Positions 1 to 12,096 of a stretch of 64,000 bases of DNA are shown here, piece by piece. The position numbers and the translations under genes are program-made. Position 1 is the stretch's first letter. The number at the start of each line of letters is the position of its first letter. The notes under the pieces were generated by a model. It made no database searches, was not told where the DNA came from, and saw only the letters and a list, made by a program, of their open reading frames with translations. The stretch comes from Psilocybe cubensis (Eukaryota): contig CM039000.1 in the NCBI GenBank assembly GCA_017499595.2, positions 310,001 through 374,000 on the forward strand, in the 5' to 3' direction.

Positions 1-8
1 ATATTGCT

Positions 9-2141
9 ATGACCTTTGTGGGCCATTCTATGGACGTACCACCCGACTCCCAGTGCAATGCATTGGGATCAGGACTGATGAGGACTCCCCAGGAGGGCCG
101 TTTCTCGGGTTATGGACGGTCAATTGATATTTTTTATGAACCTTACGCTGCTTCAAACTATGCATCGTCTTCTACTTCCACATGTGGTGCACACTGGAAT
201 CAAAATGACAGCGGCTCTGCAAATTTGTCATGTTGTTCGTCGTGGTCAACGACAAACCATACCCCTTACGTCCAGTACCGGGGACCAGTGTTCCAGCATT
301 CACAATTGCTCGACGATGACCACGTGGGGATTAACACACAACTATCACCCATCCAAACTGGACTGAAATCCACATTGGCCAGGGATCTGCCCCCCGCCGA
401 TCCTAACACCGATTACATGGATCACCTATCCTCCATCACGGCAGAAGGCCCGCTCTCGCCTTTGTCATTTTTCCGGGACTGGCAAGGCAGCCAGCTTCCT
501 TTGGACCCTCTGCACAACGAGATTTATATCCCGAACACGCAGCTGCCACGCCAGTTGGACCAGAAGGAACGCGAGCGCGGATCCCACATGAACTCTGATG
601 ACGAGAATGACACGAGCCCGGAAAGGCGCCCATACCCACCGTTGTTGGATATGGGCATAGGCCACGAGTGGATGACGAGTCCAGAGTCGGTCGACACCGA
701 TCTCGACGATGAAAGCGTACTTTCTTGTTCTACCTCATCGTTATCGCCGCCATATCCCGATTCAGATCTTCGCCACTTCACCGACTCGGAAGACTACCTG
801 GACGACCTAAATGACGATGACCTTTATTTACCACACGCATTTGCTTCACTGGGATCCAATTCAACTACACCGTCGCCGCTGACCGACATATACCACCCCC
901 TAGATCAATACCCTTCGCATTACCAGCAATTGTACAAATCTATCACCAGAACCACATCCCCAACACCCCCGCCTTTGACACTGCATGAACCACCGCTGAG
1001 CGAGCCACCGCCACACCCGCCACCACCAATACCGGAGCCATCTGCGCAAACAAGTAAGGAGGATCCGCCACTCCCGACCTTACTGACCGCAACACCAACG
1101 CCTGCTCGCTCTCCGCCATCATTTGGCTCGCCTTGCGAATTTGATTTCGACAATGGTGAGCTGATACCATGTTCGCCATCCCGCAGGCGCTCAACGGAGC
1201 TGCCCAGCATGCACGACGACACGTCAGGCAGTGACAGTACAAATCAGTTATCGGAGCCTCAACCCCAGCGTACAGCGTGGCTCAACCTCCCCGGTGCAGA
1301 GACAGACGATGACCTCATACCCACCGAACTTGCGTCGAAGAACTACGTTCCAGACCCAACCATCACCGTGCCGACCTCTCAGCCAATGCACAGCTTGCTC
1401 ATCTGGGGCCCGACGTCGGCCACGGCGTTTACTTTCCCGAGTTCGTGTATGAGCGATTTTCTGCCTGCGGCTGTGCGGTCACCGTCGCCCGAGGCGTCGT
1501 CGATCGACCTTGATCTGGACCCGGCAACACTGGCGGAGCTTGCGCCGGAGGGAGAAAGTGAGGATGCACAGAAGCTTTGGGAGATGCGGGTGAGAAAGGC
1601 GAGGAGTGAGAATTGGGAAAAGGAGCGGTGTCGCGAGCTGGAAGCGCTTTTGAGGTTGAAGCTCAGGTTGGACGAGAAGAGGGCTGATGGTGCGAGCAGT
1701 GGAGTCGACACCGATGCTGACGCGACGACTGGCGCTATGCGAGCCGCGTCTCACCATTCCCCGCCCAGACGATCGTCTTCTTCGTCCAAAGGGAGAATTA
1801 CCAACATGGCACAGCTCGTCGCCAACATGGTGTTCCACCGCCAGCAAGAACCGTCGTCGCCGAAAAGGAGCCATCATCCTGCACCGCGCAGCAGCTCCAT
1901 CGTGTCGTCCCCCCAGCCGTCCGTTGCTGCTGGTGTGAAAACGCATCCGACGCCACGCTCGCCGTTGCGTCAGGTTACGCTGCCTGATGAGCTTGAGGAT
2001 GAGGATGAGGATGAGGAATGTTTGTCTCCTTTGTCGCCTCTGTCGCCGTTGACTCCATTTGGATTGTGTGAGTCGCCGTTGAGTTTTTTGACGGAGCTCG
2101 ACCCCATTCGGATGAGCGACAAGGAGCACGATCTTTCCTGA
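9..2141 (+). CDS. Uncharacterised Ser/Pro/Asp-rich, largely disordered protein (710 aa), apparently single exon; true start could lie upstream of the window
   Basis: 2.1 kb uninterrupted ORF with coding-like composition, followed by AT-rich 3' sequence; no domain recognised. Confidence 0.75.
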   Translation: MTFVGHSMDVPPDSQCNALGSGLMRTPQEGRFSGYGRSIDIFYEPYAASNYASSSTSTCGAHWNQNDSGSANLSCCSSWSTTNHTPYVQYRGPVFQHSQLLDDDHVGINTQLSPIQTGLKSTLARDLPPADPNTDYMDHLSSITAEGPLSPLSFFRDWQGSQLPLDPLHNEIYIPNTQLPRQLDQKERERGSHMNSDDENDTSPERRPYPPLLDMGIGHEWMTSPESVDTDLDDESVLSCSTSSLSPPYPDSDLRHFTDSEDYLDDLNDDDLYLPHAFASLGSNSTTPSPLTDIYHPLDQYPSHYQQLYKSITRTTSPTPPPLTLHEPPLSEPPPHPPPPIPEPSAQTSKEDPPLPTLLTATPTPARSPPSFGSPCEFDFDNGELIPCSPSRRRSTELPSMHDDTSGSDSTNQLSEPQPQRTAWLNLPGAETDDDLIPTELASKNYVPDPTITVPTSQPMHSLLIWGPTSATAFTFPSSCMSDFLPAAVRSPSPEASSIDLDLDPATLAELAPEGESEDAQKLWEMRVRKARSENWEKERCRELEALLRLKLRLDEKRADGASSGVDTDADATTGAMRAASHHSPPRRSSSSSKGRITNMAQLVANMVFHRQQEPSSPKRSHHPAPRSSSIVSSPQPSVAAGVKTHPTPRSPLRQVTLPDELEDEDEDEECLSPLSPLSPLTPFGLCESPLSFLTELDPIRMSDKEHDLS

Positions 2142-3438
2142 TTCGAGGTGTGTTGGATACAGGTGTGTATTCTTCAACACTCTGAACACTCTGCTTGCAA
2201 TTGGGTATTGACATGTGACATCTTATCTAGCTTGCGGCTCCTCTCTTCTCCATCTATTCTATCTCCTGCCATGTTCATGTTCTGCGAGCAAAGCTGGCTC
2301 TGGTTCAATGTCGATTTACGCACAATCTAATGTACCACCACCACTGCATATCAGTCTTCAAAGTCGGATCACATGTTATCATCCATCATCCATCATCTCT
2401 ATTACCTCCATACCAATTCATTCATTCAATGATTTTCTTTTTGCTTGATTGTAAACGTTACCTTGTCTCGTTTATTCTCCTTGCGTTTCGCGGGGTGGAA
2501 AGTTTAAGTTTTCATCTTTCTTTCTTCTTTGATATTTTGACTTCTTTCTTCAAGTATATTGTTGAATGGTGGAGGATATAAGGCCCTGGGTGTGGATGTT
2601 ACCTTTTGCTTTGGGCTTTGGGACACTCTATTTCTTCTCGTTTTTCGAATCTCAAATCTCGCATCTCGAATCTTTTTTTTTCGTATATGTCGAACCGCTA
2701 TAATCTAATGTTTTTGATGTTTGGACTTCGAAGATGGCATGGGATGCTCTTTGTTTCATTTTTCTTCCTCGTATTTTGAAGTTAAGCTGTCCAGATTCCT
2801 CACGCTATTTGCATGCCATGCGTAGTTCACCTGGTAGCCATCTTTTTCTCTATTATTGTTCGACCACGATAGTGACACCTTTTTCATGACGTTAACCTAC
2901 CTTGTCCGCCCCGAACATTTTAGTAACTACTACACACTGCGATACCTTGTACTTATTCTGACCATTGTCTATCGACTATCCCCGTTGATTGCTATCCACA
3001 CATTTTTCCTTGCATTCGTTGTTTGGTGGAGATTGGTGTGTTCTTGGCTAGATTTCTTGCTCTTGCTCCCTTAGCGCCGAGCGGTCCTTAGCCTGCTCAC
3101 TATCTCTTAAGTGTCGTCTCACGCTCTCCTAAGTCTAGGGTATGCTAGAGCCACAAGCTCGCCGGTGCGTGATTATTATCATACCTTTGAGTTATTTCAA
3201 CAGCGCACTTCTCTGTTTTTGTTTCAAAACTAATTGTAAATCCCCCTTTTTAAATTGAGTCTCTTAGGTATACAGACCTGAACAGTGTGAGTAAAGGGAG
3301 CCTGCCAATATTGTACAGCCCATCGATAGTTCAGTAATGCAGATATACAGCATGCATCCGTTTATCCCGGCACTATAGGCGTTCGTCCGCAGTTGGTCAG
3401 AGTCCCAATAATGGAATATGCCGGTGACAGGGGCTGTC

Positions 3439-3446
3439 TATAAATA
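3439..3446 (+). promoter_or_regulatory. Candidate TATA box of the C2-domain gene
   Basis: TATAAATA about 45 nt upstream of ATG 3490. Confidence 0.4.
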
Positions 3447-3489
3447 CGGACCTTCCACTCCAAACCATCGTCGTCAGACCTCAGAAACG

Positions 3490-5114
3490 ATGCCAGGCGG
3501 CCTGCGCAACCCACTAAGCCTCTCGCAGATGGTGGAGAAGATTGGAAGTGCGGTGCACGACGCCAAGGACGGCGCGCACAACAAGAAGGAAAGCCTGCAG
3601 AAGAAGATGGCGGAACATGGGCTTATGGTGCCCTATGTCGACTTGCAGATCCAGGTAAGCTTCCGTTGCTCCCATTTGTGAGGATGGTTGGGGCTTGGGA
3701 GGGCGGGATGACCAATTGTTTTGTACGCAGTTCATCGGTGCCTCGGGCCTTCCCAAGATGGATGTGGTTGGGACGGCTGATCCGTACTTCATCGCAAACC
3801 TCGATGATAAAATTACATTTGTGTACGTTTTTTTCTGCTGTCTCATCTTGCAAAGGCGTCGGTGGTGCATAGGCGAACATTGGGTCATACTCTATCTTGT
3901 TCTCTAGGTCTACAGTCAAACAGAATATCCTTTCGCCAGTGTGGAACGAGGTATGGCGGGTGAAAAATGTTCCTGCGATTGCCGACCTGGAGATCAAAGT
4001 AATGGATAAGGATGAGGGGTCGATGACCGATGGATACATTGGAAAGGCGAAGACGAGCGTCAACGCGGGAGCAAGGGAGCTCGAGATTACAGGGCCTCTG
4101 CTCAGACGCTCGAGGGGGACTATTTGGGTAAAGGTGAGTATGCAACCTTGCTCGTGATGTTTCACGTTCAACACCTCTATGAGCCATTAGATTGAAAGCA
4201 CGCCGTCATCCGACGAACAACCTTTCCAATATCCTTATCTTTTTGATGGTCCCATTCGATTCTCTCGCCATTACTCGCCCACCGTCGGTAAACTTACGAA
4301 TCTCGAAGGCGATGCGCGCCTATACTCCACGTGGAAGATGTATCTCAAAGGCATTCCTCTCTTTTTTGGGGATGTCTATCAACCGTGGAATAAAAGCTAC
4401 AAAGCTGCTCAGAGTATCTTCCAAGGGCCTACGAGTGTTGCCGTGCGCAGCGGGATCCAAGCCGGTCACCGTATGCTCTACGCTCGCACCGCCAGCAACG
4501 GTTTCGGTGTGATAGAATCCGCCGCCGACGTGTTACAACTCTTACACGGAGGCGCGAGCCGGCCGGGGAGCAACGCGCCAGCACATCCGTCTCGTGTCAA
4601 ACCCGCTGTGTACACATACATTATCTCCTCCGAGGACGACTCTTTCCGTTTTTCCGAGACAGGCGCAGCTTTCTTCGTCGACTTTGCAAGCAAACACGCA
4701 CTGCATTCTAACTGCGCGGAGAAGGTGCGGTATAGTGGCGAGTTCCACCCACGCCCACAAGGTGGGTGGGCGTGCTTCTCGGATGATGTACCAGACGACC
4801 AAGTACACTGGGAGCTGGTGATCGACAACAACTCGGGTACCTATGCGCCGGACAAGACGATGCTGCCTGCACTACAGAAGCTGCTGGAATATAACTTTCC
4901 TGGGTTTGGGATTTTTGCACTGGATCATGGGGATGAGGAGCTGAAGAAAAGCAGGGAGGCGTGTAGGGACTATGCTCTCAGGTTTCGCGGTGTGCGCCAG
5001 GAGGAGCTGCAGCCGCATGCGCAGCAGGGGGAAGAAACTCTCAGCCATCATGCATCGGTTTGTCTAAGCCACGCAGAGAAGACTGTAGAGCATGCCTTTG
5101 GTGGGAAGTCTTAA
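3490..5114 (+). CDS. C2-domain-containing protein, 4 exons
   Basis: Spliced reading gives IQFIGASGLPKMDVVGTADPYF...LSPVWNEVW...VMDKDEGSMTDGYIG (C2 domain); GT-AG introns at ~3655-3730, ~3822-3907 and ~4134-4190; last exon ends TAA 5114. Confidence 0.9.
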
Positions 5115-6788
5115 TCTCTTTCATGGATTCCAACAGTGCTTTTTACCAAATGTTTTCGATGTTTTGCTAACAGCATCGTCAGTTTGACCATTTACTCCTT
5201 TCTGACTTTATTCATGCTATCTAACTGTACGATTTATAATTCTGGAAATATTCAAGTTATCTGTACTTTACAATTCATTTTTCTCTATGATACTATGGAC
5301 CTTATATTTCTGTTCGTGCTAACTAAAGTATCTCCTTGCACGAGACCGTGATTTTGAGCGTGTATCATCATGCCCAAAATAGACCCACAGAAAAGATCAG
5401 ACAAACAAATTCGTTATGAATATGTGGTTCAATACTATTATTTAAAATTTTACATTAGTGGCGGAGAAGGGTCTGGCAATGTTGGTACGAATAGATTAAT
5501 TCGTGAATGTCTCGTGTTCAAAACAGGCGAAATAGGCACACACTGGCGCCCACATGTAGATCCAATGACGGCATACAATCTATGTTTGTTAAACACCTTG
5601 GCAACTGGAATCGAAAAATCGTTGGTATGTGTAGTGTTAATTGACTTATTGGTACTCTGTTTTAGCGGCTTAGTAAGCTAAAGACGAAGGTGAATTGGAT
5701 AAATAATCAGTCCATTTGTGCGAAGTGACTCCGCAGTATGAGTTCTCACGACGCTTATCATGAATTCATGTGATACTTTTTCTTGACGATACATCGATTC
5801 CACTAAAAACATGTCGAAGTCGTGAATACAACTGTTGTGAGTCAAGAACTTGCCACCGTAACTTATTATACAGACCGAACATCATGACGATACTATTTCA
5901 ACATCAGATCGGTGGACATCAAATTTAAGGCAAATCGGGTCTCAGGGAGAAGTATCTAATGAAACATTAACTCATAAGCGCGAGCGGTATTGCCCAGATG
6001 TAATTTTCCAAAACTCGGGACGACTTTCTTTGCACCAAGTATGTATTGGAACAGGTCCAATTCTCGAAGTCTGGACTCTGGAGCAACAGTCGCCATTGTC
6101 TTATCAGATAAGCCAATTTCCATCAGTGATCTGTCTCTATTGATTTTCTCTCGGCCAATCAGTGGCTACGGAGGCCCTTCAATTTGTTTTCAACTATCGT
6201 CTTCTGCCGAAGCCGCTGAGATTCGAAATCACTAAAGTGAAGCAACTGCCACGATTTAGTTCCGTAAAAACTTGGCAAGAATAAACTCTTGTAATGGCAT
6301 TGCGTGAACATGGGGAAATGAATGGGTCCAAGTACTACGCCTCTCAAGAGCGAGATTTCTCCTCTTGTTCATGAGCTTATGAGATTCCATGCGTAAAACA
6401 GAAAATTATGGCACTAAGGTGATTTCAAAATGATTGTAAATCTTTACCTCTTATTGCCTGTTTAACGATGTACTCGTTCCATCAAAGGTCTTTACTGGAG
6501 AAAAAGCTGATTGAAACAAGACCCCCTTCTGTCTCTGGCCAGTACCGGATGGATGGAACAGTTCCTATCCGGATAAATGTATGGAGCTATTGACACTAAA
6601 AGAAATGATGATCTACGCAAGCAGCCGGCATACGCATTTTGGGGCATGTCCTCGGACCCAATTAAGGTACTCAGCTGCTGCGCGGTGACTTGACTACACA
6701 TCTGCATGGACTTCAACAATGAATAAAGGCGCTCATCGATGGTCTACCCACCATTATTTTCTTCATCCCCTTTACTCCGCGTTGAAAA

Positions 6789-9700
6789 ATGGAAGAGTCC
6801 ACTAGTAGCTCGCTCCACGACCAGGCGAAGTCCAAGAGCAAAGCCAAGAATCTGTTTTTACCAAGAAAATCAACTTCCGACAGTGACATAGAGCTCAGAC
6901 CTTTGCAGGAAGGGAGCCTAAAAGACATCAAGGCTACTAGCACCCAGAAGGAAGAGTCAACAATCACACCAGTTGGATTTTTTCAATTGTTCAGGTTTGT
7001 TTTTCTAATTCAATCGCAGTAATTTTTAGGACGAGAAGAAATGCTAATCTCCGTGCATCCAGATATTCAACTTGGTTTGAAGTTTTCATAAACTCTATCG
7101 GAGTACTAGCAGCCGTTGCGGCAGGCGTTGCCCAGGTGAGTGCATTCTGAAACTTATAGTATCCGCGATGGTTCTGATTTTGGCGTCCTGGTATGAAAGC
7201 CCATGATGACCCTCCTTTTTGGTCGACTGACGGAAGACTTCGTTAATTTCGCCCAAATATCCTCACAAGCACAGAGAGGGGTACCAGAAGCTGTCAATCA
7301 GCTTGGACAGGCGGCACTGGATTTCAGAAGTGCTGCTGCAAAGAATGCTACCTATCTTGTCTACATTGGTACGTTAAACTTGGTAACGAATGATTCTCTA
7401 TCATGGCATTGAAAAGATATTAGGCATTGGCATATACGTCTGCACCCACACATTCATGTACATATGGGTGTACACAGGCGAAGTTAACGCTAAGCGTATT
7501 CGCGAACGTTACCTTGAAGCCGTCCTTCGTCAGAATATTGCTTTCTTCGATAATGTAGGACCCGGAGAAGTGGCAACGCGGATTCAAACAGACACTCGTG
7601 AGTTTCAAATGGTACCTTCTGATGCGAGGGAAGCTGAAGCAAAATATCAGATTTGGTGCAGCTGGGGATGTCAGAAAAGGTGGCTTTGGTAGCAAGTGCA
7701 GCTGGGGCATTTATAGGAGGATTTGCTTTGGCCTACGCAAGATCTTGGCGGCTAGCACTGGCGCTTACCTCAATCTTACCATGTGTAGGAATATCAGGCG
7801 CCGTAATCACCATTTTTAACGTCAAGTTTAAGCAGTAAGTCATGTCGTTTTGTTAATTTGTATTTGAATTACTTATCCTATTTTGAAAGACAGGCTTTAC
7901 AACACGCAGCTCAGGGTGGAAGTCTTGCCGAAGAAGTAATATCGACAGTGAGAACAACTCAGGCGTTTGGTACTCAAGGCGTCCTCTCAAGAATTTACGA
8001 GTCGCACACCAAAAATGCATTACGATTAGACATAAAAGCTGCAATCTTCCAGGCGGCCGGGCTTGGAGCATTCTTTTTTGTACTTTACTCGGCGTATGGA
8101 TTGGGTAAGTGCGAGACCCATCGTGTATTACAAAGGAATCTTAAAATTTCGTATTTAGCATTCAGCTTTGGCACAACTCTGGTCAATTCGAACAATAGTA
8201 AGCGATATACATTCTCGGCTCACCTTTCATTGATTTAAATGCAATCAAGTTACTGGTGGACAGGCTATCAACGTGCTTTTATCGATTTTAGTTGGATCTA
8301 TGTCAATGGCGATGATGGCTGACGAGATGCAAGGTGTGTATTTTGTCAACGTCTTACTTCTCTGTTAATAAAACCCACCTTTAGCGATCTCCAATGGGCG
8401 AAGTGCTGCAGCCAAGTTGTTTGAAACAATCGAACGAGTTCCCGAAATTGATTCGGCTAATCCCGGAGGACTGAAGCCCCTGACGGTGGACGGTAATATT
8501 GTTCTGGAAGACGTTCACTTTGCATATCCATCTCGTCCATCCGTAGAAGTCGCCAAAGGACTATCTATAACCTTTCAGGCAGAGAAAACTTCTGCTCTAG
8601 TTGGTGCTTCAGGTTCTGGGAAATCTACAATTGTTTCCCTTGTGGAACGTTTCTACGATCCTACACGAGGTTCCGTCAAGTTGGATGGTCATAACCTCAA
8701 AGATCTTAACTTGAAATGGCTTCGCTCACAGATTGGCCTGGTATCCCAGGAGCCCATTTTATTCGCCACCACCGTCAAGGAGAATGTCGCCTATGGGTTA
8801 CTCGGAACCAAATATGAACACGCACCCCAAGAAGAGAAGGATATCCTGATCAGGGATGCTTGCATCAAGGCCAACGCTGACGGCTTCATCTCAAAGCTTC
8901 CAAAGGGATATAATACCATGGTTGGAGAGCGCGGCTTACTCCTTTCTGGTGGCCAGAAGCAGCGCGTAGCTATCGCCCGAGCCATTGTATCCGATCCTAA
9001 GATCCTACTGTTGGACGAAGCAACTAGTGCACTCGATACTCACTCTGAAGGAATTGTACAGGACGCTTTGGATAAGGCTTCAAAGGGTGAGTCGAAATTT
9101 ACTCTTAATATACCTTCTAACTTACATTTCTCGGTATCAGGCCGCACGACTATCACAATTGCCCATCGTCTTTCGACTGTTCAGGACGCGGATGTTATAT
9201 TTGTCATGAGCGATGGTCAAGTGTTAGAATCCGGAACGCATACTGAACTCCTCAAAAAAAATGGACCATATACTAGGCTTGTGGAAGCACAAAAGCTACG
9301 GAATGGCAAAGAGATCGGCGACTCCAGGGTTCAGTCTGATGTGAATACTGGTGGTAAACATCTGGATAGCAAAGATGATTCGAAAATAACCAATGACGAC
9401 CATCAAGTACGCGACAAGGATCCCATCGTTCTTGAGAAGGACCACTCTCTACGATACGTTGTGAAACGTATTGGCCCGTTGTGCCGGGATCAAAAATTCA
9501 ACTATGCTTTCGCAGCAATCTTTGCTTCAGGTCAGCTTTCGTCAAAGTTAAGGATAGATTTTTGCTAACGTTTTCGGATAGTCTACGGCATGGTCTACCC
9601 GGCCTTTGGGATTGTTTTCGCCAAAGGGATAAATGTCTTCTCCCTCGAAAGTAAAGCAGAGCGACGTTTCCAAGCTGATCGCACTGCTCTATGGTCAGTT

Positions 9701-11958
9701 ACACATCGACAGGCTTGTCAATATTGTCCCTTACATTATGGATAGGCTTTTTATCATCGCAATTATTGCAGGGTTTGCAATCAGCATCCAAAATAAACTT
9801 TTTGCTGAGGCTGCTGCTCATCTGACTGCCAAACTACGCACACGATGTTTTAAGGCCGTTCTGCGGCAAGATAGTAAGTTGCCGCTGGATAGTTCCATTT
9901 ATCCAAATGCTGATACGGGAAAAACAGCAAGCTATTTTGATCGAGAAGAGAACAGCGTGAGTGCCAACTCGGTGTGTACCAATGTACGATTGACCAAACA
10001 ACCAATATAGACTGGAAGTTTGGTATCACGCCTAAGCCAGAATCCTCAAAAATTTGAGGGTTTGGCAGGGGTAACTCTTGGTGTCTTTGTACAGACCACT
10101 GCAACAGTTGTCTCGGGCGCCGTGCTGGGACTTGTGTTTGTCTGGCAAATCGGTCTGATTGGTATAGGTGAGAGATCATTAGACCTTATTTTGTGACCTA
10201 GGTTCTAACATGGAGATAAGCTTGTATGCCTGCGTTGTTGGCCGTTGGCTACGTGCGCCTGGTAAGTTGGTGGTCAATTTATTTAATTATCTTCAATACG
10301 AATGACGCCGACATTATTATCCCTTAGATTGTAATCGTTCAAAAAGACCAAAAGAATCGAAAAGCTCATGAAGATTCGGCGCAGTTAGCATGTGAAGCCG
10401 CGGGATCGATTCGCACAGTGGCCGCCCTTGTACGGGAGGACGATTGCTTACGAATGTACAGCCAAAGCTTGGAAGAACCACTTCGGAAATCCAGCATAAC
10501 TGCTTTCTGGAGCGGTATGCTCTACGCCTTTTCTCAAGCACTTAGCTTCTTTGTGATAGCTTTGGTTTTCTGGTACGGCTCGGTGCTGGTCTCTCGCGGG
10601 GACTGCAGTCTTTTTCATTTCTTTATCGGGCTCATGGTGTGTAATTCAACTACCTTCCTTGGACTGTCGACTTATGTACAATCTTAAATTTTATAGAGCA
10701 CAACGTTTGGGGCAATACAAGCAGGGAACGTGCTATCTTACGTCCCGGATGTCTCCGCTGCAACAGGCGCAGGTTCCGACATTGTCAAGCTTCTTAATAA
10801 AGTTCCCGAGGTCGATGCGGAATCCACAGATGGCATTGTCGTTCTCGAGAAGGATATTCAAGGCCACATAAAATTCGAAGATGTTCATTTCCGATATCCT
10901 ACTAGGCCTTCCATCCGCGTTCTTAACGGACTGTCGTTGGATATACGGCCGGGTACTTATGTAGCACTAGTTGGTGCCAGTGGCTCTGGAAAAAGTACAG
11001 CGTGAGTGGTTGATTTACATCATCTGCACTGCCAAGGTGATTACATGCTGGCTTAGAATACAACTTCTTGAACGATTCTATGACCCAATAGCTGGTCACA
11101 TCTGTGTATGTGTCTTGCATCTTTTCACTCATTGAATCAAGTTGATTGTTTACCTCTGTTTCAGCTCGATGGCCAGAAAATCAATGAATTAAATGTTGGA
11201 GAGTATCGCAAGCATATCGCTCTTGTTTCCCAAGAACCGACTCTGTACTCCGGCTCAATCAAGTTTAACATTCTCCTTGGGGCAACCAAAGCACACTCCG
11301 AAATTTCGCAACAGGAGTTGGAAAACGCATGCCGCAAGGCAAACATTCTGGAATTTATTCAAGGACTTCCCCAGTAGGTGATAGCTTGGAACGTTCCTAT
11401 TTACGCCACTGATCATCGCTACTTCTGAAGAGGATTTGAAACTGAGGTTGGAGGTAAAGGTACTCAATTGTCAGGTGGTCAGAAACGTAAGATCTGTCAT
11501 TCTTGCGTCCGAAAAGGTTTCGGATGATCTCACCACCATAATCAGAACGTATCGCCATTGCTCGCGCGTTGTTGAGAAACCCTAAAGTCCTCTTGTTGGA
11601 TGAAGTATGTGATATTAGCTCAATCTCCTTCGTCACCCTATTTGCTTACGCCTTTTATAGGCCACTTCCGCTCTTGACTCATCCTCTGAGAAGGTTGTCC
11701 AAGCTGCTTTGGATGAGGCGGCGAGAGGGAGAACGACAATAGCTATTGCTCATCGACTATCAACCATACAGAATGCTGATCAAATGTATGTCCCTCACTA
11801 CAAATTTCCTGAACGTTCACCTGACTTAGGTTTGTTTTCCAATTAGTTATTTCATCAAAGATGGGATAGTCAGTGAGACTGGAACACACGATGAGCTATT
11901 GGCATTAAAAGGGGATTATTACAACTATGTGCTGCTTCAGGGTTTGAACAAAGATTGA
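6789..11958 (+). CDS. Full-length ABCB (MDR/P-glycoprotein-type) transporter, TMD-NBD-TMD-NBD, many introns
   Basis: Two Walker A motifs (GASGSGKST), signature [20 protein letters not shown] Walker B/D-loop, [12 protein letters not shown]-loop, two membrane domains; ends [12 protein letters not shown] at 11958. Confidence 0.96.
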
Positions 11959-12096
11959 GAGGCTTTAGTCTGGGTATTTACTTTCATTTACTACCTTTTT
12001 GTCAACACACTCTTTTAAGCAATAGGACTCGTTATGTTTGCGTTGGGTGGACCTTAATTCGGAATTGATATGTTATTCTGTTATTAAGGTAAAATT

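Noticed and set aside
1479-2189. 236 aa minus-strand ORF and the many other short overlapping ORFs in the track
   Set aside because: Antisense or alternative-frame shadows of real exons, with no motifs or splice support
3070-3170. tRNA-like GCCGAGCGGTC D-arm motif
   Set aside because: No T-arm (GTTCRA) or acceptor stem at suitable spacing
6789-11958. Ste6-type pheromone exporter marking a mating-type locus
   Set aside because: Sequence looks like a generic MDR1-type ABCB, and no STE3 receptor or CAAX pheromone precursor was recognised in the window
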